Shown: piece after piece, positions 10,143 through 19,460 of the stretch
Layout of the letters: each line of letters opens with the position of its first letter
Numbering within the stretch: position 1 is the stretch's first letter
DNA from: Nitrospira sp.
GTDB taxonomy: Bacteria; Nitrospirota; Nitrospiria; Nitrospirales; Nitrospiraceae
Length of the DNA: 64,000 bases
Assembly: GCA_047150005.1 (NCBI GenBank)
Contig: AP038806.1
Span: forward strand, 1,568,001-1,632,000
Direction of reading: 5' to 3'
Notes under the pieces: generated by a model
What the model saw: only the letters and a program-made list of their open reading frames with translations
What the model was told of the DNA's origin: nothing
Database searches by the model: none
Translations under genes and position numbers: made by a program

Positions 10143-11522
10143 TCATAGGAGTCCCACATGCGCGCGAAGCACGTTGTAATCAAACGCGGGTGTTCCCAGC
10201 CGCAGGATGCCGAGGTCGACATGCGCCATCTCGTCGATCAGGTCGGCGACCTGTGTCCGCGAAGCCGGTTGAGCCGCCGCATGCCTTGGCGTCTGATCCT
10301 GCAAGGCCGCCGAGGGTTGGTCCGGCCATTCGAGGTACGCGGTGTCGAGGAAGTTTCGGACGAGAGCCAGGTCTTCCTCCTCGCTCACAACCACCGAAGG
10401 CGACTCTCCCTGAGTCAACTGATCAACCGGCAGGTCACGACGAGGCGGCGCGAGGGATTCGCCTCGAAAGTGCAGCGAGTAGCCGAACGTCGAGGCTAAT
10501 TGATGCTTGATCGCATTGAGGCGGTCCGCCGTATCGCACTCGACGATGAGTTGCACGGGAGTGAGCGTGAGCCGGGCAACGGGCGATTCCACGCCATCTT
10601 CTCCGTTCGCCCGTTGAATCCAGACCCGGACCGGCTTTTCTTTTTGCCCTGATGGCATAACAGGATGCCGGAGAGCGCCTACTTCGATTTCTTTCATGGC
10701 CGAGAGACCGTCGGCGAGAAATCCGTACTCGCGATGATCATAAAGAGCCAATACATAGAGAAAAGACGCTCCCTCCCTTGTCAAGTAGCGGGTATGCACG
10801 ACGGCATTGAGAAGGGTGGCCAGCCGCAGGTAGGCAAAATTCCACAGCAGGACATGCCCGAACCGTTTGACGAATTCCTGCCAATCCCCGAGCACGAAGG
10901 AGCCGGACGAGATTTCCATGCTCCGCTCCCATTCGCGCGAGGCATCGAGCACCGCGCGAGCCTTCTCTCTGGAAAGCACCAGCGCACTTCCGGCGATCCG
11001 GCCGATTCCCCGCTCTGGATCGTCCGGGTCGCGCACGACGCGGGTGAGGAGCACCTGTCCCGCACTCAGTGCTCGGGCATACTCCCCTCCCTGCACCGGG
11101 ATCTGGATTCCATCGCCCATCGAACGTAAGGACACAGCCTGCGGCGCATCCGCCGGCTCGACCGGGAGCACTTCGAGCAGGTCCATGTAGGAGTGTTTGA
11201 GGGAATCGAGCCACCGCCGCTCTTCGTCCGGGATATGTTCCGTGATCACGTCCCGGAGTTGTTCGATCAGCGTAAGCTGTCCATCCTCGGGGTAGAAATC
11301 CGAGTATACGGCCAGCGTGGCCAGATCGACTTCCTGGGCCAGGGGATGCAGGACATCCCCCGAGGATTCAAGATAGGGGCGAAGAGCTCGCTCAAGGGCG
11401 ACCTCGCGTTGAACGGAGAATTGCGGTGCAAGGGACAGTGCCTCGAGCCGCGCGAGGAGGGTCTCCAGCGAAGGGTCGAGTGGAACGGCCAATCCATGCG
11501 GCGAATCATTCCCGCGCTTCAT
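10143..11522 (-). CDS. Conserved hypothetical protein
   Basis: 459-aa ORF in the operon; C-terminal WPDQPSAALQDQTPRHAA resembles the MbcA/ParS-like W-x-D-x-P-x2-L-x3-TP motif. Confidence 0.75.
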   Translation of the reverse strand: MKRGNDSPHGLAVPLDPSLETLLARLEALSLAPQFSVQREVALERALRPYLESSGDVLHPLAQEVDLATLAVYSDFYPEDGQLTLIEQLRDVITEHIPDEERRWLDSLKHSYMDLLEVLPVEPADAPQAVSLRSMGDGIQIPVQGGEYARALSAGQVLLTRVVRDPDDPERGIGRIAGSALVLSREKARAVLDASREWERSMEISSGSFVLGDWQEFVKRFGHVLLWNFAYLRLATLLNAVVHTRYLTREGASFLYVLALYDHREYGFLADGLSAMKEIEVGALRHPVMPSGQKEKPVRVWIQRANGEDGVESPVARLTLTPVQLIVECDTADRLNAIKHQLASTFGYSLHFRGESLAPPRRDLPVDQLTQGESPSVVVSEEEDLALVRNFLDTAYLEWPDQPSAALQDQTPRHAAAQPASRTQVADLIDEMAHVDLGILRLGTPAFDYNVLRAHVGLL

Positions 11523-11733
11523 GGATCTCTTCCATCACGATTTCTTCCGCATCCAGCCAGTCACGAAGCGCATGGCCTTCCAGACACCCGCGCTGTTCCC
11601 ACAGTTCGTAAGCCTTGCTCGCAATACGCTCCCACAGACCCTCCGGCGCCTCGCTCCGCCTCCGGGAAGAAGAAACCGAACGGATTGGCGCCGCCTTGGA
11701 CTTGTTTGCCGACTTGACTGTCGCACGCATCAC
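11506..11733 (-). CDS. DUF2934 domain protein
   Basis: Signature ERIASKAYELWEQRG...DWLDAE. Confidence 0.85.
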   Translation of the reverse strand: MMRATVKSANKSKAAPIRSVSSSRRRSEAPEGLWERIASKAYELWEQRGCLEGHALRDWLDAEEIVMEEIHEARE

Positions 11734-11751
11734 AGACTCCTCGGTTGACGG

Positions 11752-12702
11752 TTAAGGATTCTCGCCCGCAAGGGCTGACTTCCGGGTCAGCCGCTGATGA
11801 CTCGGATGAAATTTCGGGCTGCGGACGGTCAGCACCGGGCATTGTGCGCGACGAAGCACCGCTTCAGCGATGCTTCCGCTCAACACATGGGAGATTCCTC
11901 GTCGTCCGTGAGTCCCCATCACGAGAAGATCGCTTGGCCAGGTCCGAGCCTCGTCTAGTATTGTGTCGCCGGGAATTCCTCCTCGAACCAGACTGGTTGT
12001 CGAGATGCCCGCAGCAGTGAGCGCGGCGGACAGCTCATCGAGACGTTTCGTCAACCGCTCCCGTTTCCGCTCCCGTTCTTCTGTACGACCGAGCGTGAAG
12101 TCCAACCCGTAGGACACCGGTTCCAGAACGTGGAGCAGCTTGACGGAAGCCTTGGTCTGCCGGGCTAGCAAGGCGGCGTACTCCAGCGCATCCAGCGAAC
12201 CGTCGAAAAAATCGATTGGGACCAGAATCCGCTCCAGCCTCACACCGGTCTGGGGAGCCGAACCCTCAGTGGCTGTCAGATGCACGGCGAGAACGGGACA
12301 GGGCGCCGTACGAATCGTGCGCTCCGCCGTGCTCCCGAGCAACACATGGGCCAAACCGCTTTTTCCCCTCGTTCCCAGGACGACGAGATCTGAGTCTTCC
12401 GCCTGGGCTGCGGCGACCACCTCTTCGCTGGGGAGTCCGGTCCCGATTCTGGTGGTGACGAAAATCCCTCGAAGCTCGATGCGTCGCTTGCATTCGGTAA
12501 GCTGCTCCGACGCCTCTCGCATGCGCTCCGTCAGATACTGGTGATTGACGGGATAGTCCGGGTTCATCCCCGGCGCCAATTCCAGGACGGTCATGATGGT
12601 CAGACGGGCGTGCCAGAGAGAGGCCAGAGAGCAGGCATAGTCCTCCGCCCGACGCGCCCAGGAAGAAAAATCCGTTGCCAGCAGAATACGTTCGATCTTC
12701 AT
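11752..12702 (-). CDS. Universal stress protein (tandem USP domains)
   Basis: Motifs ILLATDFS, GTRGKSGLAHVLLGSTAE and GTHGRRG...GSIAE. Confidence 0.94.
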   Translation of the reverse strand: MKIERILLATDFSSWARRAEDYACSLASLWHARLTIMTVLELAPGMNPDYPVNHQYLTERMREASEQLTECKRRIELRGIFVTTRIGTGLPSEEVVAAAQAEDSDLVVLGTRGKSGLAHVLLGSTAERTIRTAPCPVLAVHLTATEGSAPQTGVRLERILVPIDFFDGSLDALEYAALLARQTKASVKLLHVLEPVSYGLDFTLGRTEERERKRERLTKRLDELSAALTAAGISTTSLVRGGIPGDTILDEARTWPSDLLVMGTHGRRGISHVLSGSIAEAVLRRAQCPVLTVRSPKFHPSHQRLTRKSALAGENP

Positions 12703-12707
12703 TTGTA

Positions 12708-12742
12708 ACTCAGCACTCAGGACTCATAACTCAGGACTCTAA
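12708..12742. repeat. Heptamer tandem repeat (ACTCAG[C/G])x5
   Basis: Units actcagc actcagg actcata actcagg actctaa. Confidence 0.75.
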
Positions 12743-12744
12743 AG

Positions 12745-13164
12745 CTAGACCGCCTCTGCACTCAAGAGCAGCAACTCGCCGTTCATGTTCGGATGAATTG
12801 AACAGCGAAACGTATAGCGTCCCGGTCGCTCCATGTTGAAGCGGATCGTCGCCTCCCGTTTCGGATCGAGCATCACCCCTTCAAGCCCCCGCCCATAGAC
12901 GATGACGCCGTCCTTCTCGATCCTCGTGGGCAGTCCTTCGAACATGGTGGACCCGAAGTCGTGCCGCTCGGCATCTTCATTGCGGACATAGATGACGGTC
13001 GGAAGGCCGAGACGAAGCGGCGCCTCCTTGGTGATCAGAAACGTAAAGTCGCGGATCGTCACCTCCACGCTCTGTTCAGCCTGGGATTCGACCGGTACGA
13101 CCGTGGCCAACCAGCAGATACCCGACAATGCGGCGACCGCCATCCAACTCCCTACGTTCACCAT
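12745..13164 (-). CDS. Exported cupredoxin (type-1 Cu His/Cys/His/Met)
   Basis: Signal peptide; RHDF...RCSIHPNMNG; GGAGG RBS. Confidence 0.85.
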   Translation of the reverse strand: MVNVGSWMAVAALSGICWLATVVPVESQAEQSVEVTIRDFTFLITKEAPLRLGLPTVIYVRNEDAERHDFGSTMFEGLPTRIEKDGVIVYGRGLEGVMLDPKREATIRFNMERPGRYTFRCSIHPNMNGELLLLSAEAV

Positions 13165-13429
13165 GAGAACCTCCCTGTTGAAATGCCCGACGCCAGTACG
13201 CACCATCCACGGCACGAAACCACGCGGCGCGCCTGGGCTGCCGACCTGCTCCGCGCTAGGTCACAGGATGCGTCGTTCGCTCCCGTTCCCTCGCCGTCCT
13301 GCGGGCCGACTCTACCAACTGTCCGGCCCCGAGTCGAGACGGCATCTTCCTCGGAGGCACCCTTCGTGACGGCGCGATTGAACCCGCACAGGTCAAACAG
13401 GGAAATACCCTCACTCTGATATTTGGAGT

Positions 13430-13445
13430 AGCAAGGGCAATGCCA
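13430..13445 (-). promoter_or_regulatory. Sigma-54 -24/-12 promoter
   Basis: TGGCATTGCCCTTGCT, oriented toward the cupredoxin-USP-fds gene run. Confidence 0.65.
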
Positions 13446-13736
13446 CAGGGTAATCGCATCTCCGCAGGCACGATTTTCGGGAGCGGGCTTACAACATTCG
13501 AGTACTCAACGTCGACCGTCCGGTGAGCGTGGAGGAAGAGTGCGCTCTAGATGCGCAGAGCGTGGAGCCCTGCTACAACTGCCGCGGGCTTCTGTCGCAG
13601 AAGGGGGCAGTCTCTGCAACAGGAGGGTTTATGGCCGCAGAAACGACGCTGTTCGGAAGGAATCGGGGACGGAGCGCCACGGTATCGGAATTGCTCAATT
13701 TCGATGTATGGGAAGGATGCGAACCGAAGGAGCGTG

Positions 13737-13838
13737 ATGTCCAGAACGAGTGTGCGATGGTTGCTGGCGGGAGCGATTGCAGTGGGTATCGCGGTGGCGG
13801 TCTATCTGTTGCTCCTATGTCCCACGGAATGTCACTGA
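13737..13838 (+). CDS. 33-aa single-TM small protein
   Basis: AAGGAG RBS; sequence MSRTSVRWLLAGAIAVGIAVAVYLLLLCPTECH. Confidence 0.55.
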   Translation: MSRTSVRWLLAGAIAVGIAVAVYLLLLCPTECH

Positions 13839-13898
13839 TTGCTCCAGCTGTCTCGGCCACGCACCGTCCTGTGGGATCCACCCTCTCCGGAATGATCA

Positions 13899-14043
13899 TA
13901 GCCCGCATTATTCATGACGGTTCGTCGCGAAATCGCGCAGTCGCCAGGCGAGACGGGCACGTGGAGCCGTAAGGGAGGGAGGCGGCTTGTCGCAGCGGCG
14001 AATCCACGATTGCAGTAGAAACGTTCATGAATAATGCGGGCTA
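13899..14043. mobile_element. MITE-like element, short copy
   Basis: 19-bp perfect TIR TAGCCCGCATTATTCATGA; homologous to 50891-51162. Confidence 0.85.
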
Positions 14044-14080
14044 GGCTGGTGAAGAAAAAGGCAATCACGGGGAGGCCGGC

Positions 14081-14779
14081 ATGCCGTATCCAAGGTGCGA
14101 ATGGCCTGTCTCTGTGTCGGAGAACGGGCTCTTCCTCAACGGATTCCTTGGCGTCCCACCCGGCGCCGCCGGGGTCGTCCTCTTTGCCCACGGAAGCGGC
14201 AGCGGACGGCTGAGCCCTCGCAACCGGTACGTCGCGCATCAATTTCAGCAGAGTGGTATCGCCACATTATTGCTCGATCTGTTGACGGAACGAGAAGCAG
14301 AGGATCGTCGCAACGTCTTCGACATTGACCTCCTTGCAGACCGGGTGCTGCTGGCAAGCCGCTGGTTGAGCCAAGACACACGGACCAGGACGCTCCCGCT
14401 CGGCTACTTTGGGGCGAGCACCGGCGCGGGCGCCGCGCTGCAAGCTGCGGCCCGAGCCTCCTCCTCGGCCAAGGCAATCGTCTCGCGAGGCGGGCGGCCG
14501 GATCTGGCCGAGGCGTATCTTCCGCACGTGAAGGCTCCGACCCTCCTCATCGTCGGTGAGCACGACGAGGCGGTGATTGAGCTGAATCGAGCCGCCGCCG
14601 GACTGCTGACCTGCCGAACGCGAATCGTCATCATCCCGGGCGCGACTCACTTGTTTGAAGAACCGGGAACGCTCGAGCAGGTTGCCAGCGAGGCTCTGGA
14701 GTGGTTCCAGCAAACATTCGCCTTAGAGCCCCGCTTCGCGCAAGGATCAAAAGGAAAAGCAGCGGAGGGTCTGCGATGA
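14081..14779 (+). CDS. Dienelactone hydrolase-like alpha/beta hydrolase
   Basis: Motifs FAHGSGSGRLSPRN, GYFGASTG, VSRGGRPDLA and GATHLFEEPG. Confidence 0.9.
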   Translation: MPYPRCEWPVSVSENGLFLNGFLGVPPGAAGVVLFAHGSGSGRLSPRNRYVAHQFQQSGIATLLLDLLTEREAEDRRNVFDIDLLADRVLLASRWLSQDTRTRTLPLGYFGASTGAGAALQAAARASSSAKAIVSRGGRPDLAEAYLPHVKAPTLLIVGEHDEAVIELNRAAAGLLTCRTRIVIIPGATHLFEEPGTLEQVASEALEWFQQTFALEPRFAQGSKGKAAEGLR

Positions 14780-15639
14780 AGATATTGCTGCCCGTTGACG
14801 GATCCAATCAATCGTACGAAGCAGTCCGGGCTCTGAAGTGCTTGGCGAAGGCGGACCGACTTGTCCTGCTGCATGCCCTCAATGTGCCGAGACCGGCTTA
14901 TCCAATGATGATGCCGGAGGTGGCCGAGGAGCTTTATCAGGGGCTCGAGCGGAGTATGCGTGAGGATGGCGAACGACTGCTCGATCGCGTGCAGTCTCTC
15001 TTGCCGCTGCATGCCGGTCCGGCTAGCAAGCGGCTTGAGGTCGGTTCGCCGGCTGACATCATCGTGACGGTGGCCGAGCAGGACCATATCGATCTGATCG
15101 TAATGGGAGCGCGAGGAGTCGGCCCCGTCGAGGAGCGCCTGCTGGGAAGTGTCTCGCATCGCGTGCTCACTCAGGCTCCTTGCGCGAAACTTGTGGTCAG
15201 CGGACCGGTGAAGGCGATGAAACAGGTGCTCCTCTCAATCCAAGGACCCAACGACCAGGAGGCGGCGCTGCGTTTCCTGCAGGGTAGACCGTTTCACGAT
15301 CCGGTGGAGATTTGTCTGCTCACGGTTCTTCCTACGGTGCGACCTCCCTGGCCGGCGGGAGCCTCGGTGGCCGAACAACTTGAGGGGCGGGCTCTCGAGA
15401 GCGCGCGTGATTTCATCGAAGAGACCGCAGCCAGTCTGCGGGCTTTCGGGTATCAAGCGAAGGGGCGTGCGGTACTCGGCTCGCCGACAGAGGCGATCCT
15501 CGCAGAAGCACGCCAGGTCCGGTCCGATCTCATCCTCATGGGGTCACGGGGCCGAAAAGGGGTGACGCGGTTTGTGCTCGGCAGCGTTTCGCACGCGGTG
15601 TTGCATAAGATGCCATGCCCCGTTCTCGTGTTGCACTAG
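14776..15639 (+). CDS. Universal stress protein (tandem USP domains)
   Basis: Starts MKILLPVDGS; two GSVS motifs; ATGA overlap with the upstream gene. Confidence 0.93.
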   Translation: MKILLPVDGSNQSYEAVRALKCLAKADRLVLLHALNVPRPAYPMMMPEVAEELYQGLERSMREDGERLLDRVQSLLPLHAGPASKRLEVGSPADIIVTVAEQDHIDLIVMGARGVGPVEERLLGSVSHRVLTQAPCAKLVVSGPVKAMKQVLLSIQGPNDQEAALRFLQGRPFHDPVEICLLTVLPTVRPPWPAGASVAEQLEGRALESARDFIEETAASLRAFGYQAKGRAVLGSPTEAILAEARQVRSDLILMGSRGRKGVTRFVLGSVSHAVLHKMPCPVLVLH

Positions 15640-15801
15640 CCGGCAGTCCCGCAACCCTGTTGTCCCATTGGGCTTCAGTGGCGGGGAACGGGGCTGAGGA
15701 ATAATGCGACAGGAAACCAAGGTGAGGGGGCGTGAGAGATTCACGCTGCGGGAATATCAACCGTTAGGCTCAAATTGGTCGGGTCAGGATCCCGGCGCGA
15801 G

Positions 15802-15817
15802 AGGCATGTCATTTGCT
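15802..15817 (+). promoter_or_regulatory. Sigma-54 -24/-12 promoter
   Basis: AGGCATGTCATTTGCT about 45 nt upstream of the HPF gene. Confidence 0.55.
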
Positions 15818-15861
15818 AAATTTTATGTTATGCGCGGGAAGAGGTTGCCTGAGGAGGTACG

Positions 15862-16200
15862 ATGAACTTGGAGGTGGAGAGCCGTCATGTGGGAATGACC
15901 CCTCGCTGGAGACGGGAGATCGAAGAACGGATGGCTGTCTTGCAACGGGGGCACGACGACCTGGTCCACGCGCGGGTGACATTGACCAAGAACTCCCATC
16001 ATAAGAAATCTTCGAATGTCGCCGAAGCCCTGGTAGTCGTTTCGTTGGCGGGACGGCGTACCATCAGCGCGCGCAAGGACAACAAGACGTTCGAGGAAGC
16101 GATCCGTGAGTCATTTGAAGCTGTGGGCATCGAACTCCGGAAATCTCGTGAAAAACGGGCGAAGAAAAAGGTTCGTCAGGTGTCCGATGCCGATGTATGA
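15862..16200 (+). CDS. HPF/RaiA family ribosome-associated (hibernation) protein
   Basis: MNLEVESRHVGMT...HARVTL...AIRESFEAV fits the S30AE fold pattern; GAGGAGG RBS. Confidence 0.8.
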   Translation: MNLEVESRHVGMTPRWRREIEERMAVLQRGHDDLVHARVTLTKNSHHKKSSNVAEALVVVSLAGRRTISARKDNKTFEEAIRESFEAVGIELRKSREKRAKKKVRQVSDADV

Positions 16201-16351
16201 CTATAAATGCCTCGACTGCGGAAAGGAATCGTTGGTGGTGCTCACCCTGAAGGAACATGAGAGCGGAAAGGTCATGTGCCCCTCGTGTGGGAGCGCCAAC
16301 ATGAAACAGTTATATACCTCCTTCATTGCCCACACGACGAAGAAGAGTTGA
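16187..16351 (+). CDS. FmdB family zinc-ribbon protein
   Basis: MPMYDYKCLDCG...CPSCGS. Confidence 0.9.
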   Translation: MPMYDYKCLDCGKESLVVLTLKEHESGKVMCPSCGSANMKQLYTSFIAHTTKKS

Positions 16352-16359
16352 GGCGCCAC

Positions 16360-16719
16360 ATGCCCCGATTGTTGCGGGGAAGCTGTTTGATCCTCTCGAT
16401 TCTCGTGGTGCCGTGGACCCTCGTGGCTCAGGACTATCCTCCCGATGTCACGCGCGGGAAGCAGGTGTACGAGCGACATTGTCAGAGTTGTCACGGACCG
16501 AGCGGTTGGGGAGACGGGCCGGAGGCCGCATCACTGAGAGTGAAGCCGGCCGATTTTCACCGTTTCGGCTCCTACCTCAAATCGGACGAAGATCTGCTCA
16601 GAACGGTCGAGCACGGCATTGTCTTCAGTCCGATGCATTCATGGCGCGGGCAGCTCACTGACGGAGAGATGCAGGACGTGGTGGCCTACGTCCGACGGCT
16701 GGCGATGCCAGGACAATGA
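16360..16719 (+). CDS. Monoheme c-type cytochrome
   Basis: Signal peptide, CQSCH, and axial Met in SPMHSW. Confidence 0.9.
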   Translation: MPRLLRGSCLILSILVVPWTLVAQDYPPDVTRGKQVYERHCQSCHGPSGWGDGPEAASLRVKPADFHRFGSYLKSDEDLLRTVEHGIVFSPMHSWRGQLTDGEMQDVVAYVRRLAMPGQ

Positions 16720-16765
16720 TACGAGTCCGCGGCCTCCATCGGCCGGTGCTCCAAGGAGAAATCTG

Positions 16766-18199
16766 GTGAGGTATACCGCTCTTCGGTCGTGGATGATTCC
16801 CAGCATACTCGCCGCCGCTCTCTTCTCGCCCGTTGCGGTCTACGCCGTCACGGGGGGAACCGGATCGCCGCCACCGGAGAAAACCTGCGCCGGTCCTTAC
16901 AAGAAGAAACCAATCTCCGCCAAGGTGCTGCAGGCCGTCGTCCGATCACACGGTCAGTGGCTGGAACAGCGGCATCATCCCGGCCATCGGAAGGCCGACC
17001 TGTGCCAGGCGGATCTGCGTCGGGCTCAACTCGCGGGCGCGAATTTGGAGCGGGCCAACCTGGAAGGTGCCCTGCTGGGGCAAGCCGACCTATCACGGAG
17101 TGCGCTGGTCCAGGCCAGACTGGCAGGGGCGGATCTCACGAAGGCGCGCATACAGGGGGCCAACCTCTCCGGGGCCGATCTGCGGCGGGCCCGGCTGTCG
17201 GGTGCGGATCTCTCGCGCGCCGTTGGGGACGAGGCAGCCTTCTTGGGAGCCACCTTGATCGGAGCCCGCCTTCAGGAGGCCGCCTTGGAACGGGCCCATT
17301 TTGAAGGGGCAAATCTGACCGCCGCCGATTTCACCGATGCCGACCTCGCGGACAGCCACTTTTACGGAGCCCTCCTGCCTCGTGCGATCCTCTCCGCCGC
17401 CGATCTGCTGGAAGCGGACCTCCGCCGCACCGATCTGACCGAGGCCCATATGAAAGGGGCGAATCTGCAGGGCGCCCTGTTTGACGGCGCGCTCCTGCGC
17501 GGAGCCCAACTCACCGACGCGGACCTGGAGGGAGCCTACTTCGATGAGGCCGACCTGACAGGAGCGAATTTGCAGGACGCATTGTTGAGGGGGGCGGACC
17601 TCCGGTTTGCCGACTTGCAGGCGGCGAACTTCCACCGAGCCGATCTGGAAGGGGTCAACTTCGAAGGTGCAAGGCTCGCCGGCACCGATCTGCGTGCCGC
17701 CAACCTCAGCATGGCCGTCATCTACCTTGCGATGGTGGATGGAGCTGATTTCCGGAATGCCCGGATGGACCATGCGATTCTCATCGGCACGACCGGGACG
17801 GGAGCCACGTTCGCGGCTGCCGATCTCAGCGAGGCCTATGCGCCGAAGGTTTCGTTGCGGAACGCCAGGTTCAACAATGCGACCTTGGAATCCGCCAATC
17901 TGGTGTCGGCCGATCTGCGCGCAGCCGACTTCAGCCGTGCGAAACTCGCGCATGCCAACCTGCAGGAGGCCGATCTGCGCGGCGCGTCTTTGTCGGGAGC
18001 GGATCTGACCGGCGCCCGGCTTGACGATGCGGACCTGCACCGCGCCGACTTGCGGGGAGCCGACCTCGGATCCGTGATGGGTCTCACACAGGCTCAGCTC
18101 GACTCCGCCTGCGTCGATGCACGGACGACTCTGCCGAACGATCTGAACCGGCCCGGCCCCTGCCGGCCTCCGTCACCCGCCAAGAAGGGGGCGCCGTAA
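16766..18199 (+). CDS. Exported pentapeptide repeat protein
   Basis: Extensive A(D/N)LxxA repeats; signal peptide; AAGGAG RBS before the GTG. Confidence 0.92.
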   Translation: MRYTALRSWMIPSILAAALFSPVAVYAVTGGTGSPPPEKTCAGPYKKKPISAKVLQAVVRSHGQWLEQRHHPGHRKADLCQADLRRAQLAGANLERANLEGALLGQADLSRSALVQARLAGADLTKARIQGANLSGADLRRARLSGADLSRAVGDEAAFLGATLIGARLQEAALERAHFEGANLTAADFTDADLADSHFYGALLPRAILSAADLLEADLRRTDLTEAHMKGANLQGALFDGALLRGAQLTDADLEGAYFDEADLTGANLQDALLRGADLRFADLQAANFHRADLEGVNFEGARLAGTDLRAANLSMAVIYLAMVDGADFRNARMDHAILIGTTGTGATFAAADLSEAYAPKVSLRNARFNNATLESANLVSADLRAADFSRAKLAHANLQEADLRGASLSGADLTGARLDDADLHRADLRGADLGSVMGLTQAQLDSACVDARTTLPNDLNRPGPCRPPSPAKKGAP

Positions 18200-18244
18200 C
18201 GGGCGGGGCTGGTCCTTCGGGCGCTTTCGGCTGTGGGATGCGGC

Positions 18245-18953
18245 TCAGGCGGCGTCGTGGAAAAGCGCACCGAGGGTCTATCGCTGCCCGGAGCGAAGGC
18301 GGCTGACCCCGTGGCGGAGCGTGACGCTGTGCCAACCGCAGAACCCCTTCACGGGACGATGGCGGACGGCGAACAACACGGCGTCCCCCTGCCGCAGCGG
18401 CACGACCATCGGCCGTGACTGTGGCCGCGGCTGCTGTTCCGTCATCACGAATTCTCCACCGGCGAAATCCTGGCCCGGCTTCGACAGCAGGACCGTCAGT
18501 TGCAGCGGAAACACCAGTGCTCCATAGAGATCCTGATGCAGGCAATTGTAGTCGTCGACACCGTATCGGAGCAGAAGCGGCGTTGGGTTGCGCTGTCCCG
18601 CTTCATGGCCGCGGGCGAGAAAGTCCTGATGCGTCGGAGGAAAACGCACGGCCGTGTCCATAAGGATGTTCCACCGGTTGGCGATCGGAACGAGGTGCGG
18701 ATACAGAACGGTCCGGAGGGTCGCCACGGTCTCCGTTATACTCTCCGCGCCCGAATCCATGCCGTGCCATGACCACGCGGCTGCGGAACAGGCGGTCGTT
18801 GTCGTAGAGTGCCGACAGGCACACACATTCAGCGGGAGTGAACAAGCGCGGAACCACGGAGTGGCCTTGCTCGTCGAGATCGTGGGACAGACGCGTCCAA
18901 TCAATCGCCGCCAACCGTTCCGCAAGCCCCGTTTGCGCGCTGCGAGCAATCAT
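18245..18953 (-). pseudogene. 2OG-Fe(II) oxygenase (DUF2086-like) pseudogene
   Basis: The N-terminal frame ends at ARHGFGRGEY. The C-terminal part (DYNCLHQDLYG, GGEFV, RHGVS) is in another frame. An in-frame TAG at 18278 precedes the residual TLGALFHDAA. Confidence 0.85.
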
Positions 18954-18976
18954 GTCCGGAAGACCTCATGGCGCAT

Positions 18977-19426
18977 TCAGCGCGGACCGGCTTTCGGCGA
19001 GCGGGTTTTCAGATAGGTCCGCAGCAGGTCACGCCTGGTCACGATCCCGACCACCTTTCCCTTGTGATCCACCACCGGCACCCGCACGAGATCGCTGGCG
19101 CTGAGCACGTGCACGAGCGTGCCCAGGGTGGTTTCCTGGGGAATCGCGTAAGGGTTGGAGGTCATGATGTCGCCCGCGGCGACGGCCTTCAGGGTGTGGC
19201 CGCCGTCGATGGCCGCCAAGAGGTCGTGCTCGCTGACGATTCCTACCAACTTCTTGGCTCCGTCCACGACGGGGACGGCGCCGCAACCCTCGGCCATCAG
19301 CGAGGCAATGACGTGCGCCTTCGTGCCGAGGCGCACGGCCTGCGGCCGCTTTCCCATCACCTGTCGGACCGTCATGGACTGAAACTCGGTCGACCGCGCC
19401 CGCCCCGCCTTGGTCTGTTTTCGCAT
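18977..19426 (-). CDS. CBS domain protein
   Basis: Motifs VPVVD...LVGIVSEHDLL and VVGIVTRRDLL. Confidence 0.92.
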   Translation of the reverse strand: MRKQTKAGRARSTEFQSMTVRQVMGKRPQAVRLGTKAHVIASLMAEGCGAVPVVDGAKKLVGIVSEHDLLAAIDGGHTLKAVAAGDIMTSNPYAIPQETTLGTLVHVLSASDLVRVPVVDHKGKVVGIVTRRDLLRTYLKTRSPKAGPR

Positions 19427-19460
19427 CTGCCGCTCTTTCTCACTCAGGGGTTGTGATGGT

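Noticed and set aside
16900..18100. Dense short DNA repeats (GCCGATCTG-like) as a possible CRISPR or repeat array
   Set aside because: Fully explained by pentapeptide-repeat coding; no constant repeat with unique spacers and no cas genes.
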